From contig NW_024704743.1 of NCBI RefSeq assembly GCF_018977255.1, positions 102,116,001 to 102,180,000 on the forward strand: 64,000 bases of DNA. Reading direction: 5' to 3'. Of this stretch, positions 40,263-52,997 are shown piece after piece; the stretch's first letter is position 1, and each line of letters starts with the position of its first letter. Source of the DNA: Callorhinchus milii. Its lineage: Eukaryota. The position numbers and the translations under genes are program-made. The notes beneath the pieces are model-generated. The model did not search any database, had not been told where the DNA came from, and saw nothing but the letters and a program-made list of their open reading frames with translations.

Positions 40263-41704
40263 TTATATTACTATTATTACATATTACTGTAAAGTGTAGT
40301 GACTGTATATTTTGTGGGCAAACTCAGTGAGGAAGCAGAAATATCTGTGGAGGACCATGCTGTGAAGACATGTAACAGGTATAAAGTGCTGCAGTTTGAT
40401 ATATCTGAAGGTTATGGTAGGTAATTGTAATTTGGGTGCGCTGGATTGTGGAATTGAAAGTTTAGGTCCATTCGTGAGCCAGAACAGATAATAAACCAAA
40501 AGATCTCCAAGAAATAAGGGGCTTATTTTCAGACTCAGTTGTAAAGGCAGATTTGTAGAGAGCTTTACAGTGTTAGCTGCATACAGTTAATGCCAGGCCT
40601 GTAGCACATCAATTTCAACCTCATAGGTTGCATTTGCAGTGTCGACAGAAATTTAAGGAAGCCAATCAGATGTTACTTGACATTACGTAAATGTCTCCCA
40701 TTGAACAAGTTGACCGATGAAAATGTCATGACATGTTAAGCTGATGGTGGCAAGCATAGAAAATGGCTGGCAGGAAACGATCCAGGAACCGTACTTCAAT
40801 GATGTGGAACTTTATACACTCACTCTTGAATCGAGAAATCCTTTCTAAATGACAAGGCCACTTAATCAACACCACATAACTTTGCAAAGGCTGTGATGTG
40901 TTTACATTTCACAGGTAGGGGAATAAATTCCAGTGTGCGATGTAATAATTATCATAAGAAAATGTGGAATTATGAATCATTTCCACTTGTACTTGACATC
41001 TAAAAATTGCATTTCAGTTTTCAATTGTTTCATGAGATAATAATTACAGTACTAAAACGTGGCAGAACACATCAAGGTATATCCATCAAAATGCCAATTG
41101 AAACAAACAATAAATCACATTCTAATAAATGCTCTGACCCCTCTGAGCAAACTTCCAACAGCTTAAAAGTTTGCCGATTTCTATTATTCATATCACAAGT
41201 CTAGTCTGACAAACAATAACTGGAGCTTCAGCTCAGGAGTAAGGGAAATGTGACTTAAAGCATAGTCAAAGTAATTGGTCTTAACATGTGTTCTGAGATG
41301 AAAGCTCACAGGATGGAGTTCCAGAGAGCAGGGGTGGAGTGGCTCAAAGCTTGCCCACTGATGGTGGGGTGGAATGGGTGGATAATGTCTTTGCTGAGAA
41401 GGGGCAGGTGGCTGGGACAGTAGGATAACAGGAGGTCACAGAGGTATGATGGGGTGAGGTTATGGCAACATTTGAATGTGAATAGTAATAATAATCATAA
41501 TAATCCTTGAATTTGATATAGCACCTCATCATGTCTTTGAGACATCTCAAAGTGCTTTTCAGAATACACTATAAAGTGAAATGACTATATTTTGTGGGTG
41601 GAATGTGTCAACCAAGTGACCAAATTAAAACCCCATGGTGTTCCTACTGACTAAGTGATCAAACTAGTCTCTGGTTTAGCAATGTACAGAGGTACTGCAT
41701 TTGC

Positions 41705-42410
41705 TCTTTGACCCCTCAAATGTCCTTTCTACCCCACTTCCATGCCATGACCTGCTCTGCCTTTGCCCACCTTCGCAAAATCACCAGTCTCCACCATTGT
41801 GTCACACCATATGCCGCCGAAACCCTCATACACACATTCATAACATCCAGGCTTGACTATGCAAATCCCTTGCTTGTCAGCTTCCCCAACTCCTCCCTCG
41901 TAGGTTGCAGATCATCCAAAACTCTGCAGCCCGTGTCCTCTGCCACTCCAGGCTCTGTGATCCTATCACATATTCGCCCAACTCCACTGGCTTCTCATCA
42001 CACAGAAGGTACAGTTCAAGAACCTGGTCCTCACCTCCAAACCCCTCGCTTCCCCCTACCTCTGCGACCTCCTAACCTCCTACCAACTTGCCCGCTCCCG
42101 CCGCTCAATTGGCTCCGGCCTGCTTCACGTCCCCCGCCTACCCCACCATTCGCAGGTGGGCCTACTGCCACTCTTCCCCCACCTTCTGGATCTCCATCCT
42201 GCAGTTCCTCCGCCTTGCCCTCTCCCTTGCCTCCTTAAATCCCATCTTAAGACCCTCCTCTTTGACTACTTTCAATCACCCCACTTCCCCAACTGCCTTC
42301 CACCCTCCCCGATCCCGACCCCCAGCTCGGGTCCAAAACACTGACTGTTCAGTGCCTTGGATCGTCCTCCCGACATGAAAGGCGCTATACAAATGTAATT
42401 TTGTTTTTGT
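41705..42410 (+). mobile_element. L2 LINE 3' portion
   Basis: [20 protein letters not shown]; tail gtcctcccgacatgaaaggcgctatacaaatg. Confidence 0.93.
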
Positions 42411-42779
42411 AGTTATGGTCAAAGCTGTTACGTTTAGCTGTTACATTTTACTGTTTTTATCAACAGCTGATCTTGTAATAGAAGCTATTAGAGTGAACTT
42501 TTGTGGCATGTCAGCCTTATCATTGTCCATTTATAAGGGAGTTATCTGAAACCTGAAAAGGACTTACTCCTATCTTCTTCAATGATGAAGTCAATTTCAT
42601 TCTCTTTTAAAATATTGTACAATTTGCACTTTCTTTAAGCTGATTTTTTGTTCCTATTTGCTTCTGAAATTAAAGTGAAGTTGGCTTTGAGATGCTGAAT
42701 TGTCATCTTTACATCATTTACATCTTTCTATTGGTCTTTATGCAATTCTAAGAATCAAGTAGCTATTTTATTTCACTTT

Positions 42780-43285
42780 AGGAAGAATGTCAAGGCCTTG
42801 GAGAGGTTGCAGAGGAGATTTACCAGAATTATACTAGGGATGAGGGACTTCATTATGCGAAGAGACTGGAGAAGCTGGAGTTGTTCTCCTTAAAGCAGAG
42901 AAGATTAAGAGGTGATTTAAAAGAGGTGTTCTGATAGGTTTTGATAAAGTAAATAGGAGAATTATGATAGGTTTTGATAAAGTAAATAGGAAAAACTATT
43001 TCCACTGGCGGGTGGGTTGGTAACCAGGAGACACATATTTAAGATAATTGGCAAAATAACCAGAGGGGACATTGGGAGAAATATTTTTACGTAGTGAATT
43101 ACTACGATTTGGAATCCACCAGCTGAAAGTATGGTGTAAGTAGATTCAATAATAATTTTTAAAAGGGAATTGGATATATATTTGAAACTAAAAAAAATTG
43201 TAAAGCTATGGGGAAAGAGCAGGGGAGTGCAACTAAACGAATAGCACCGGCACAGGTATGATAGGCCGAATGATTTCATGACTGT
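42780..43285 (+). mobile_element. CR1 LINE 3' end with internal ~33-bp tandem duplication
   Basis: ALERLQRRFTRI, ERLEKLELFSL..RRLRGDL; tgataggttttgataaagtaaatagga repeated at 42932 and 42965. Confidence 0.92.
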
Positions 43286-44358
43286 ATAAATGCAAACCTG
43301 CTGATATCAATGCAACTTTCATATTGTTATTACCCTGCCTAGGTTTCTGTATTGAAAGATACATATTGATAGAATGATGAATGTGTTGACACATTTAAGA
43401 AATTAAATTACATTATCCAATTACTCATTAATCTCTTTTGTTTATTCCCTTGTTTTGCAATCTTCAGCACAGTTGCCATGATTTCACTAGATGAGCAGAT
43501 GATATTGTAACCACAGGGAGATGGGCAAACCACAGGCTATCTTAGCCAGACTAGTGCAGAACATACATGGAGACAGACTTTGTTTATGAATCAAATAGTT
43601 TGTTAACATGGAGGAACATCTCAGCCTCCAGTGGCCCTAATAGAGACAACCAAGACTTGCTATATTAAGCGGACCCGGAAGGATGCAAGTACCCAGTTTC
43701 AACAATCGGTGTACTGCAACCCCTCTAACACACAGTCTCAGTCACAGTTCTCATCCAGCTCAGGTATGTGGTATTTCCGCCTGGTCTACTAGCCTCTGAG
43801 ACAGTGCAGCTCAATAGCCTTCTCTACAGCAGTCCTGAGCTTGCCATTTGTCTAGCCTTAAAGATTCCTTAGATTCCCCTGTTCCTCAATGCTTTCCCTT
43901 GATGCTGTGCACATTTCTGTACAAATGGATCGTAGGGCTCACACTGAATTCGGATAGTGTTAGTTATATTATGCTGTTAAATTGATGGTTATGCACTATT
44001 TAAGAATCTTTAAGGGAATGTTTAGGGGTGGAGCTATAAACAATCCACACTTGCTGTGTTTATACCACACTGGCATGAATTGATGTGCTGCTAAGATCAC
44101 TTGTTTAAATGGTTTTGCAGCCGTCCTTCAGGGAGATTTGCCTTCAGATTGTGTTGCTCAGCCCCTATCAATATTCCACAATCTGTGGTGAGAATCAATT
44201 GGTTTTCAGTTTTGAAAGGATATTCAATCCACATCTCTAAAATAGTTGAAGTAACTAACAAATGAAGGTATAATTTCCAAAAGGAATAAGAAGGCATTAA
44301 AGAGTATGATTATATACTCTATTGATAAAAATAATGGAAAGAATTTAAACTCTTTGTA

Positions 44359-44840
44359 TTTTTTTTAAGCCAGGTGTCTGTCACATCACCATGCTTAAGA
44401 GTATTCAAACCAATCAGAGTCGCATGCATCCCACCTACACATGGAAATTTCCATGTACTGGAATGTGCACTCTCTCCTTGGCGGGATATATATTGCTTAC
44501 CTAAATCCAGTATGAGGCGCTGGTTAGCAAAAGGCAAGGCTTGGCAACCCCAGTATGTGTGTTGGGCTTTTGCTGGAGTCAAATCAGTTAAAAACACATT
44601 GCTTGCAATTGAAAACATTGTCTGCAAGCTTTTCTGATGCTTTGCCTTAGTGACTGGTCTGCCATTCTATGTGCTGCCAATGAGCCGGGCTGACTGGGTT
44701 CTCCTCAGCAGTGCCCTGGAGTACCGTGATCCTGCCCGGCTCAGGAATGGGACTACCAAGTTCTCCATGGAAGGTTGACTCGATTCAGACTATGCATAGC
44801 CAAGCTCGCCACCATGGAGACAGCTCAGCTCCAAGAAGAC
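44359..44840 (-). repeat. Unclassified repeat family X
   Basis: T8 at 44359-44366 then gccaggtgtctgtcaca; the distal part (cctggagtac..ggctcaggaa) matches 59960-60090 reversed. Confidence 0.82.
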
Positions 44841-45006
44841 TCTGTTTACCTACTCCTTCAAGAAGGATAGCCTGTTTGCTTCTTTAAAAAAAATGATGTT
44901 TATTTCAATTTCCATGGACTGAAACATTTGGCTACTCTGGACTCAAAATACAATTGAGTAGAAATTCCACCTGGTTCTAAATTTATGTATTAACATAATA
45001 TGAGTG

Positions 45007-46090
45007 TGTCAACGCGGCTCAGTTGGTAGCACTCTTACCTCAGTCAGAAGGTTGTGGGTTCAATCCCCATGTCGGGACTTGGAACTCACATAGTCTAGGT
45101 TGACACTCGAATGCAGTGCAAGAGGCTCGCTGCATTGTCGGAAGTGCTGTCCTTTGGATGATAACTTTCTACAGTTGAAAGTCAGCAAGATCGAGGCTCT
45201 CTTAATTGGCTTGCGCAGCGCCTCCACACCTCAGGCACTGGCAGCATCAACATCCATGGATGCACACACCACCTCACCAAGCCAGTCAGGAATCTTGGCA
45301 TCTAGTTCGACCCTCAATTGTCCTTTCTCCCTCATATCCATGCCATGACACTCTCTGCCTCCCCCCACCTCCGCAACATTGCCTGACTCCACCACTTCCT
45401 CACCCTTCAGGCCGCTGAAGCCCTCATACATGCCTTCATTACATCCAGGCTTGCCAATGCCAAGATCCTGCTTGTCGGACTCACCATCTCCTCCTTCCAT
45501 ATGCTGCAGATCTTCCAGAACTTTGCAGCCCCTGTCCTCTCCTCCACCAGACTCCGCAATCCTATCACCCCCATCCATGGCTGACTTCACTGGCTTCCCA
45601 TCACACAAAGGATACAGTTGAAGCCTTCATTGGTCTTGCTCCCCCCTATTTCTACAACCTCATAACCCCTACCAACCTGCCCGCTGCCTCTGCTCAGTGG
45701 GCTCCAGCCTGCTTCACGTCCCCTGCCTCACCTGCCCCACCATTGCCGGGTGAGCCTTCAGCCACTCTGCCACCACCCTCTGGAACTTAATCCCACAGTC
45801 TATCCACCTCGCCCCCTCCCTTGCCTCCTTCGAGACCCATCTCAAGACCCTCCTCTTTGACCGTGTCTTCGGCCACCCTTCATCCCCCACTGCCCTCCAC
45901 CTTCCCCGATCCCGGCTCCCGGCTTGGGTCCACAACATTGATTGTTTCAAAAAAGGCACCTTGGGACATCTTCTTGATGTGAACAATGCTATATAAATGT
46001 AATTTTGTTGTTAAACTGAGGTCCCATCTACTTGTTCAGTTGGACATTAAAGATCCCATAGCACTATTCAAAAAAGGGAAGTTTCTCTTG
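45007..46090 (+). mobile_element. SacSINE1-like SINE split by an L2 insertion
   Basis: Head 45007-45160 ending tttggatga; resumes ttaaactgaggtccc at ~46011. Confidence 0.88.
45160..46011 (+). mobile_element. L2 LINE 3' portion
   Basis: NFLQLKVSKIEALLIG; tail ttgggacatcttcttgatgtgaacaatgctatataaatg. Confidence 0.92.
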
Positions 46091-47417
46091 GTGATTCTGA
46101 GACAGGCTGACCCACTGAAGTGATTATTGCGAGATCACATCTCTTGTATGAACGTCCCACAACAAGTAAAATATTCCTAACAGGCTCCAGCCTGCTCTGA
46201 TTGAGTAAACCTGATGAGATTACTTTGGTATGCTTTCAGATGTTTTATTGCTGTTGTCGTCAGTAATGTATTCCTATTTCTTTGGATGGGGGTCTGAATC
46301 TTGCACTGTTGCCAAGTTAATCAAATATTAGAAATGATCATTTGAATAGGTTCTGTTTTTCAAATTGGAAAGTTCATAATATTAATCTTCTAACTTGCAT
46401 GTCAGTTGCTGATCAGGGAAGAATTTTCAATAGGCTATCAAAGATGCAGATGCCAATTCATTTAACTAAAGTGCTGCTAAAACTGATACAAACCTTTAAA
46501 ATCCTAATTGGAAAAGTAATAAGTATGGCCAGATCATTTTACTTTTGACGTTGCTTCATGGAATTGTAAGGGTATGTATTGTGTTATTCCTAAACACTTT
46601 CCGGTCATTTATTATTAAAAATATCTTTGTATTTGATATAATGCCCTGTCAAGTTGTAGAAACGTCTCAAGGTATTTGACAGGACTTTACTGTGTAGTGC
46701 AATGACGATGTTTGTCATATCCAATTTTCATACGGTAATGCTCAACAAACAGCCATGAAGTTAAACAATTAATTTTTTCTTGGATATGGTTGGCCAGGGC
46801 ATCAGGAGAAACTCCCTTCTCTTTTCAAATAGTGCCATGGGATCTTTAAACAAATTAACATTTAAAAAAAAAACCTTCCTCTTTAGAAAATAATTTTACC
46901 AGCTTAAAAAACACATTAGAGATATTGAATGTTCAGCAATTCTCCCAAATCCAGTGGATTTAGATGTTCACTCCAAAACCTGTCAAGTATGTTAAGGGCA
47001 TGTTTCAAGACATGTTTAACCAATATTTCTAGCATTGTATTGATGTGGAGAAAGGGCAGTACACTGAAATTGGAGGAGCTGGCACCAGCAGCGACTTGAT
47101 GGGCAGAATGTGTAAGGTTTGTGATGTTTCATGCTGTGTTCATTAAAGTGCAACAGAAATATTTAGCTGATGGCACAAATAGGCACTTTTTTACATTGCA
47201 AGTAGAATAGGCAGTGGATTCAGCTTTGCATGCAGTAAAACACATACTATATCTGGACGAACATTAAAACAATAACAAAATTAGAATTGAGTTCATCATC
47301 TCTAACTAGCTGGACTCCAGGCAAGTCCAACTGGCATTTAATTGGATCAGCCTCAATCTCTCCTTCAGTGAAATCTGCTAATTTTCCTGTTTTCTCTTTC
47401 ACTATTTCAACTTTATT

Positions 47418-47665
47418 TTGAAAAGAGAAGGGAGTTTCTCTGTTTGTCCTGGATAACCGTTCCCGAGATAGAACCGATGGTTCACTTCATGGCTGTCTGT
47501 GAGATATTGCTGCTCCCAAATTGGTGTGCAAGTTGGCCGCATTCACCTACAAATGCACAGTCTCTACATTTTATACGTTTTTGTTTTTTTATTGTAAATC
47601 CTGTGGAGAACCTTCAAACACCTTCTCAGCATGAACGGCACTGTATCAAATGCAAGGATTATCAG
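47418..47665 (+). mobile_element. SacSINE1-like SINE 3' half
   Basis: gagaagggagtttctc...cttcatggctgtctgtgaga...aaatgcaaggattat. Confidence 0.75.
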
Positions 47666-47684
47666 TAGTTATTTCTCATTCTCT

Positions 47685-49372
47685 CAACAACAAGAACAAC
47701 AACAAGATTCCATTTATAAAGCGCCTTTCACATCAGGAGGACGTCCCAAGGCGCTGCACAGTTGGGTTATGACCCGAGCAGGGAGGAAATGGTCAGGGTG
47801 AGGGGAGGGAAGGGAGGGAGCGAGGAGGGGGGAAATGGTCAGGGTGAGGGGAGGGAAGGGAGGGAGCGAGGAGGGGGAGGAGAGTCGAGAGGGGAGCTGA
47901 AGGCTCGGTCAAAGAGAAAGGTTTTGAGACCGGCCTTGAAGGAGGAAATGGAGGAGGCAAGGCGAAGGCACTGGGGGATGGAGTTCCAGAGCCTCGGGGC
48001 TGAGAGGCTGAAGGCCCGACCACCGATGGTAGGGCGGGGGACATGGAGCAGACCGGAGCCAGAGGAACGGAAGGTACGGGCAGGTAGGTAGGGCGATAGT
48101 AGGTCGGAGAGGTAGGAGGGAGCAAGGCCGTGAATGGCCTTGTAGGTGAGGATGAGGATCTTGAAATCAATCCTCTGGGGGATGGGGAGCCAGTGGAGGC
48201 GAGCGAGGGTGGGAGTGATGTGGTCCCGAAGCCTGGTGCGGGACAGTACACGAGCTGCAGAGTTCTGAATGACCTGCAGCTTGTGGAGGGAGGTGGCGGG
48301 AAGGCCGGCGAGGAGAGAGTTCCCATAGTCCAGCCTTGAGGTGACAAAGGCGTGAACCAGGGTTTCAGCAGCGTGAGGGGTGAGGTAATGCCGTAGTCTG
48401 GCGATGTTCCGGAGGTGATGGAAGGCGGTGCCAGTTGTGGTGCGGATGTGAGGGAGAAAGGACAGCTCAGGGTCGAACAAAACACCGAGGTTCCTGACTG
48501 GCTTTGAGAGGTGGAGAGTGCAGCCTTGGATGCTGATGGTGTCGGCGCCTGAGGTGCGGAGGCGCTGACGTGAGCCAATCAGGAGGGCCTTGGTTTTTCG
48601 CACGTTGAGCTGAAGAAAGTTGTCTCTCGTCCAGGACTCGATGTCGGACAGGCAGGCTGTCAGGACATCGGTGGTCGTGGAGTTGAGAGTAGAGGAGGAA
48701 AGGTAGAGTTGGGTGTCATCCGCATACATGTGGAAGTTAACCCATGTCTGCGGATGATGTCACCAAGGGGGAGCATATAGAGGGTGAAGAGGAGGGGACC
48801 GAGGACAGAGCCCTGAGGGACACCACATGAGACAGTACGGGGGGTGGAGGAGAAGCCATTCGTCGAGACAAAGTGAAGACGGTGAGAAAGGTACGACCTA
48901 AACCATTCAAGGACAGTGCCTTGAAGGTTGAGGTGGGAGGACAAGCGGTGGAGTAGGATAGCGTGGTCGACCGTATCGAATGCTGCCGATAGGTCGAGGA
49001 GGACGAGGAGGCAGAGGGAGCCCTGGTCACAGATGGTCAGGATATCATTGGTGACCTTGACCAGGGCAGTTTCTGTGCTATGGGCAGCACGGAAACCTGA
49101 CTGAAGGGGTTCGAAAAGTGAATGGGTGGAAAGGAAAGAGCGCAGTTGGGAGGCGACAACTCTTTCCAGTACCTTGGAGAGAAAGGGGAGGTTGGAGATG
49201 GGCCGGTAGCTTGATAGCTGCGACGCATCAAGGGAGGGTTTTTTCAGGGTGGGCGTGATGGTGGCAGTTTTTAAGGGAATGGGGACAGAGCCAGAGGAGA
49301 GGGACAGGTTGATGATGTCGGTGATATGTGGGGCAAGAACGTGGAGCTGGGAGATAAGGAGTGGAGTGGGGA
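47685..49372 (-). mobile_element. Young L2 LINE, 5' truncated (~1.7 kb)
   Basis: Continuous RT plus C-terminal region, 3' UTR repeat, hairpin, (CAA)n tail. Confidence 0.98.
47839..49372 (-). pseudogene. L2 ORF2 reverse transcriptase, one frameshift near 48740
   Basis: [46 protein letters not shown] split over ORFs 48660..49388 and 47839..48729; ttaacccatg here versus ttaaccccatg at ~9852. Confidence 0.95.
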
Positions 49373-50029
49373 TGTGTGTGTCAAGCACATCTCTTTTCCT
49401 TATTTCAATTTGGAACCACTACTCTTCATTTCTTACCCAAAGGAGAAGTACAATCACATAAATTTCAGTCACCATTGAGTATCTCTGTCAACCAATTATT
49501 CTTGATGTGTGAATTTATATCTATAGTAAGTTATCGGGCACTGCAGCCATGTGTGGCACCACAGCCAAGTCTGCACCTGGGCTGTCACATTGAAACGGTT
49601 CAGAAGTGAGAACTCTTCCTATTTCTTCCCTTCCCTGTTCCGGGATGCTACCCTGTGTGAAGGGTGCTATATAAATGCAAGTTGTTATTGTTGTTCCCCC
49701 CAAGCTCAGGGACATTTGTAGTTCCTCAACCACGTCCCTAAAACAAGCCACATGCAAGCCTCCACAGGACCTTCAATGAGTCTCAGAAGCTTTCCAATAA
49801 ATAAATCAGTTTATGTGACTAATTTCTATGAATAACTGTAGTAAGTATAGGAACATTGTGAAAATAATTGATGTCTTCACTTTTATTAGTGGAATTAAAA
49901 ATAGCATAAATGGCAAGGTGGCAACTGTGGGATAGAATTTGTGAGGTTGCTTGAAAAATAAGTGAAGTGTAGATCCTACATGGACCCGGATGTGTCTGGC
50001 TCTTAGCCTGTCTGATCGTTTGTTCAGCT

Positions 50030-50378
50030 TTGCAAATTACCACCTTTGTTAGCTTGGTGTCATATGCAAACATAGCCACTGTACTTATGACTCCTAGTTC
50101 CAGATCATTTATAAAAATGTTAAACAATAGAGATCCCAAAACAGACCCTTGTGGAACTCCACGGGTTATATTTTCCCAGTCTGATGACATTCCCTGTACC
50201 ACCACCATATGGGTTCTTCTGGTCAATCAGTTACGTATCCATTGTAATATACCTCCACTGATTCCTGTTTTCTTTACATCAGTACCAGCCTCTCAAGACG
50301 AAATATATCAAAGGCAGTATTGAAATCCAGATATACAACATCAACAGCCTTGCGCTTATCAAGCTCCCTTGTCACATT
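50030..50378 (-). mobile_element. CR1 LINE internal RT fragment
   Basis: [37 protein letters not shown]. Confidence 0.92.
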
Positions 50379-50711
50379 TGTATGGTTACACAGAATATTA
50401 AAGTTGTTCAAGTTAATGGCAATTGTTCATTGCACTATAAACATTTTTTTCTCTGTGCCTGGTGTTAAATTATAGACCATTTCATAATATTGCAGCTCGA
50501 TAACTTTTCGGAATTTAACATACTGCAAAAAAGGTGGCTTGTGATTTAATATTATGTCAGGTGTCATTCATTGTAGCATTTCCAGTTGCTCCTTTCTGAA
50601 TCGAGAAACAGGTGGAAGCAGATTCAAAAATCACTTTCAAAAGAAAATCGGATATATACTTGAAAAGGAAAAAAAATGCAAGTTGATGGGGAAAGAGCAA
50701 AGAGTGGAACT

Positions 50712-50849
50712 TCAGTTCTGACGAAGGGTCGTGGACCCGAAACGCTGACTCATTTTCCTTTCTCCATAGATGCTGCCTGACCTGCTGAGTTTTCCCAGCT
50801 CTCTCTGCTTTTGTTTCAGATTCTAGCATCTGCAGTATTTTGTGTTTTG
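50712..50849 (+). mobile_element. Penelope-type terminal-repeat-like short element with 12-bp TSD
   Basis: aagagtggaact at 50700-50711 and 50850-50861; begins with a hammerhead core. Confidence 0.8.
50714..50750 (+). ncRNA. Minimal type-I hammerhead ribozyme motif, probably inactive (GCU at the NUH site)
   Basis: AGTT-CTGACGA-A-GGGTC-GTG-GACCC-GAAAC-GCT-GACT. Confidence 0.65.
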
Positions 50850-51294
50850 AAGAGTGGAACTAATTGAATAGGTCTTTCAAAGGGCCAGCACATGCACAAT
50901 GGGCCAAATGGCTTCTTTCTGTGCTGTAGCATTCTGTTATTCTATCATTTGAAGCACATTCCTTTGGTGAACATGTAGCTTCAAATATTAAAATCCAAAC
51001 ACAAAATAAAAGTGTAAGCAATAAATCTGACACCAATTACCTAACCCCTACAAAACCTTCCATTAATTACATCATAAGAATTAGCATGTATATAATGAAG
51101 AAGAATCTAATTATTTATTTAAATCAATATTTCTGAAGTTACTGATATTGGTAAATGGATTAAATTAATTACAATGTTATGTATTCACCAGTGCTAACAT
51201 AGCTCATCTGTATTTTATTGTTTATCTTTACCAAATTAAATTGAAAGGATATAATAACTTGAGCTTTTAATAAATTTACTTTTGTCTGCGTGAA

Positions 51295-51318
51295 GTGTGT
51301 GTGTGTGTGTCTGTGTGC
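51295..51318. repeat. (GT)n microsatellite
   Basis: gtgtgtgtgtgtgtgtctgtgtgc. Confidence 0.8.
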
Positions 51319-51376
51319 ATGCACGTGCGTGCTGGCATGAGTATTACAACTTGAAGCATAAGTTATTTACAGCTCA

Positions 51377-51741
51377 GGATTTTGAGCTCATAGTCTTGGC
51401 TGACAGTCTACTGCAATGTGGGGAAGCCATTGCTAGAGTGGCCGTCTTTCGGATGAGATATTCAACGGAAGTACCGTCTACCAGTTCAGGTGGACTTTAA
51501 GGATCCCGTGGTACTACTTGAGAAAAGAAGGGAATTTTTCCCTTTGTCCAGGCTAACAATTCCTCAGATATAATTGCTCATTAATATCCTGGTTGTTTGC
51601 GAGACATTGACAATGCAAATTGGCTTCTGCATTTGGCTACAAAATACACAATCACTAAATTCTACAGCAAACTTTGTGAAGCACTCTGAGACGTATTGAT
51701 GGTGTGATAAAGTACTATATCAAATGCAAGGATTATTATTA
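51377..51741 (+). mobile_element. SacSINE1-like SINE, headless
   Basis: gccgtctttcggatgagatattcaac...ggatcccgtggtactact...aaatgcaaggattatt. Confidence 0.82.
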
Positions 51742-52653
51742 CAACATTCAGACATTGATTGAAGAACTATTTTCATTTAGTTACATCCTGAATGATTCTG
51801 ATAGTTTTGAAACTGCATTACATCCTCAAAGGTTATCCGTTGATTAAGGTTAAGTGATGCAATGCTAGAACAGTCTAAGATATATTCCCAGATTTATTGT
51901 CTTCCCAAATGTATCTCTTGTTCAACAAAATATGTGAGGAGCATGTGAAAACAATAATTTCAGGCTGTGTTTTCCACTAAATAGTCTATGTCCACTGAAT
52001 GGTCAGAATATTTTATTTAATACATTAATTCTTAAACATTAATGCAATAGCAATAAATGTGGTTTTTTTTCTTGGTCACATTAAAATGGAGGTCACTTTC
52101 AAAGTAAATTAAAGCTGCAGGGAATTCACCCTGATCAACGTAGTTCAAAATTATATTCAGTTTCCAAAAAATTGAGATTACTATAGAATAAATCACCGTA
52201 AATATTCAATTCACTGCACTGCAGGTGAATGAATGGTTGGGTGAATCAAAACGTCAAACTCTGGATTTCAGTTGTAAGGTGAAAATTGTAGATTTGTCTA
52301 AAGCCAGCTTTTGAGCAGAGTGGAAGGAAAATACATCTCATAAACCAATCTTGAAAGGGGAGAACAAGTCCAGAAGCTTAGCTAAAACCAAGGTAAGATT
52401 AATTACCAAGGTAAAATTAATTGTGCCACAATTTCCCTTATCTGTTTCTTTTTAAGCAGAAATGTAACCTTTACCTGCAAATAGTCACTACACTTTACAG
52501 AAATTTGGGAAGTGCCTTGAGATGTTCTCCTGACATGTGAAAGGCACTATATGTAATGTAGGATTATTATTATATGATTATTTACCAACCTATAGTTCTT
52601 TGGCACATTTCCTTTATTGAGGAGTTTTGGAAGGTGTTGACAGTGAAACTGTT

Positions 52654-52853
52654 ATAATAATAACAACCCTTGCAATTGATATCAGGAGGATGTCTCAAGG
52701 CACTTCACAGGATTTACTGTAAAGTGTAGTGGCCATGCTTTTGGTAGGCGAATGCAGCAGCCAGTGAAGTGAATAAAGGATTTTATCTAAAGGATTGTTC
52801 ACCAGGAAACCTGGAGAAACTCTATTCATTGTTTAAATAGTGTCATTGGATGT
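52654..52853 (-). mobile_element. SacSINE1-like SINE fragment
   Basis: ataataacaacccttgcaattgat...gcgaatgcagcagcca...ggagaaactc. Confidence 0.65.
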
Positions 52854-52997
52854 TATCATACATAGAGCTTCTGTTTTTCAGTGATTATTAATTTCATTTT
52901 TCAGGGATTTTTAGAAGTGTCTCAGTTCTATGTAGATGTCGAAAAATCGAGGTATTTTAGGGCTTTCGTGTACTGTAATTAGAAGATTCATATGTAC

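Larger units (their letters stand above)
50605..50945 (+). mobile_element. CR1 3' end interrupted by a 138-bp insertion
   Basis: gaagcagattca..ttcaaaagaaaatcggat...ggggaaagagc / ggaactaattgaatagg...gggccaaatggcttctttctgtgctgta. Confidence 0.88.

Noticed and set aside
47762..48578. Long Ser/Pro- or Gly/Arg-rich ORFs (47793..48578, 47762..48091, 28980..29537, 29236..29631)
   Set aside because: Alternative-frame or antisense shadows of GC-skewed L2 sequence.
52905..52951. Plus-strand 47-nt mini-exon (GFLEVSQFYVDVEKS)
   Set aside because: Good acceptor but modest donor and too short for an open frame to mean much; not excluded without RNA data.
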